From assembly GCA_045589295.1 (NCBI GenBank), contig JAZNOU010000013.1, positions 35,232 through 99,231 of the forward strand: 64,000 nt of DNA, written 5' to 3'. The position numbers and the translations under genes are program-made. The notes under the pieces were generated by a model. The model searched no databases and was not told the origin of the DNA. It was given only the letters and a program-made list of their open reading frames with translations. Below are positions 62,599 through 64,000 of this stretch, in pieces. The number at the start of each line of letters is the position of its first letter. Within the stretch, counting starts at the first letter, position 1. Source of the DNA: Clostridia bacterium. GTDB taxonomy: Bacteria; Bacillota; Clostridia; RGIG6154.

Positions 62599-63417
62599 TT
62601 AATTACTTCTAATGTTTTTCGGGGTGACTCCCGCTACCTTCTTAAAAACATTATTGAATGTTCTTATATTGTCAAATCCACACTGCGTAGCAATTTTTGA
62701 TATCGACATATTTGTTTCCTGGAGCATTTGTATTGATTTTGAAACACGTATATTATCAAGATAATGTTTAAAGTTTACGCCCGCACAGGTTGCAAAAGCA
62801 GAAGATATGTACTGCGGACTGTAATTAAATTTATCAGACAATGCAGCAAGTGTAATGTCTTCATTGTAATTATCGAAAATGTATTCTATAATATTACGAA
62901 TAACAATAAGCTTTGATAAATTGCCGTTTGTTTCATTCTTGTCTCCAAAATAACGAAGTAAAAGACCATACATTTTAAGCAAGTTTGCCTTTAAGAGAAT
63001 TTTTGAGGAAGAATCCTGATTTAAAGCCTCTGAAAAAAGATTTGAGAAACAGTCTTCGATTTGTTTATCAATTCCTGCCGCTTTCAATTCTTCATATTTT
63101 ATATGCGTTTTTAAAGCTCCAAAATCAGCAACAGAATTATAAAGTATCAATGGATCAAATGTAAATATATCTAAACAATTATCATGTTCTTTGTTTTCAA
63201 AACGATGAATTTCACCGCTTTTTATAACGATAATATCACCAGGCTTGATAAAATATTTTTTATTGCTTACTATTATGTCAAAATTACCCTTGACAAATCT
63301 GCATATTTCAAAATTTTTATGCCATGAGCTTTTAATATAAAAATGTTCACACATTTTGAAATTTTCTCTACGCTTTATAGTAATTTTACTTGTTATTTTT
63401 TCCTGATAGATCTCCAT
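62599..63417 (-). CDS. AraC family regulator with a cupin domain
   Basis: WH..FEI and GEIH cupin motifs; IATQCGFDNIRTFNNVFKK..GVTP HTH. Confidence 0.93.
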   Translation of the reverse strand: MEIYQEKITSKITIKRRENFKMCEHFYIKSSWHKNFEICRFVKGNFDIIVSNKKYFIKPGDIIVIKSGEIHRFENKEHDNCLDIFTFDPLILYNSVADFGALKTHIKYEELKAAGIDKQIEDCFSNLFSEALNQDSSSKILLKANLLKMYGLLLRYFGDKNETNGNLSKLIVIRNIIEYIFDNYNEDITLAALSDKFNYSPQYISSAFATCAGVNFKHYLDNIRVSKSIQMLQETNMSISKIATQCGFDNIRTFNNVFKKVAGVTPKNIRSN

Positions 63418-63563
63418 TATCTTTCTCCTTGTAAAAGATAAATTTTTATCCCTATATTTTAAAAATCAGCCTGCGATTCAAATGCGGTTTCAACACAAAA
63501 TTATCTATACTAATTTTATCACAAAGAAGCTTATTTTTCAACAAAAAGCTTCCGATTTTTAAT

Positions 63564-63595
63564 AAAAAAAGCGTATTTTAACAAAATACGCTTTT
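63564..63595. terminator. Intrinsic terminator-like hairpin
   Basis: AAAAGCGTATTTT/AAAATACGCTTTT. Confidence 0.7.
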
Positions 63596-63671
63596 AAAAT
63601 TAGTCTCTGTATTAGATAAGTATTGGTATGCATAAATCACCTTTTTATTCATTTTTGGTGAATACCCAATA

Positions 63672-63802
63672 ATAAATATCCCCCCGTATAACGGGGGGTT
63701 TTTCATTTTCGGGCATAGCCCTAATGCTACTGGCTACGCTGGGGTGCGCTCTTTATTGACCTGTCAGCCATACAAACACTTCTTTCTACCAGTAAACTGG
63801 TT
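63672..63802 (-). mobile_element. IS200/IS605-like right-end remnant (no intact transposase)
   Basis: Hairpin CCCCCCG-TATAA-CGGGGGG (63680-63698). The minus strand at 63782-63802 reads NQFTGRK, resembling the DPFTGxK C-terminus I recall for clostridial IS200 TnpA, and carries the hairpin ACCAGT-AA-ACTGGT. Confidence 0.5.
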
Positions 63803-63815
63803 GTTTATAGTGCTT

Positions 63816-63952
63816 GGCTCCCTCCCAGAGGGAGCTGTTGAGCGTTAGCGAAACTGAGGGAGAGAATGACCAAACTTGAGATATTATATACAGTTTTTTC
63901 TCTCCTTCCGTCTTTTGCTTCGCAAAATCCACCTCCCTCGTCAGAGGGAGGC
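63816..63952. repeat. GC-rich REP-like multi-stem palindromic element
   Basis: GGCTCCCTC-CCA-GAGGGAGCT; GAGGGAGAGAA pairing with TTCTCTCCTTC; TTTTGC-TTC-GCAAAA; CCTCCCTC-GTCA-GAGGGAGG. Confidence 0.7.
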
Positions 63953-64000
63953 AAAACCACATTTAACCATTTTTATTATTCATCGGTTAACAAATCGGAG

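Overview
AT-rich chromosomal segment, most consistent with a spore-forming Clostridia (Bacillota) bacterium, judged from SpoIID, DacB-like and YkvI-like genes, the ylxM-ffh-rpsP-khpA-rimM-trmD order and the recA-recX-rimO-pgsA order. It is almost entirely core genome and mostly on the minus strand. Gene blocks: pyrC (partial), bioY/deoD/ispA/xseAB/nusB, birA, argGH, a YtrA-type GntR-ABC operon, uppP, infC-rpmI-rplT, prmC, a GATase-less guaA, a polar amino-acid ABC transporter, spoIID-queA-tgt, asd-dapA-dapB, arsR-nifS-nifU, nagB, prs, pgi, relA, recJ, the SRP/trmD cluster, smc-rnc-acpP and recA. I found no rRNA, tRNA, CRISPR array, intact transposase, integrase or phage gene. Cis-elements read from the sequence: a PyrR-type attenuator, an L20 leader with an ATT-start infC, a YtrA-type operator, ARG-box-like sites and many near-consensus sigma-A promoters. 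Most unusual observations: (1) a ~220-nt multi-hairpin leader or sRNA before recA with no canonical LexA box; (2) TrmD fused to a ~280-aa unrecognised C-terminal region; (3) an ArsR rather than Rrf2 regulator heading nifS-nifU, with a Cys-rich NifU tail; (4) an integrase att/arm-like scar at the guaA 3' end next to an SGNH hydrolase and acyltransferase-3 pair; (5) an IS200-like end remnant plus a REP-like four-stem element at the right edge. All assignments come from recognising motifs by eye; no database searches were run.
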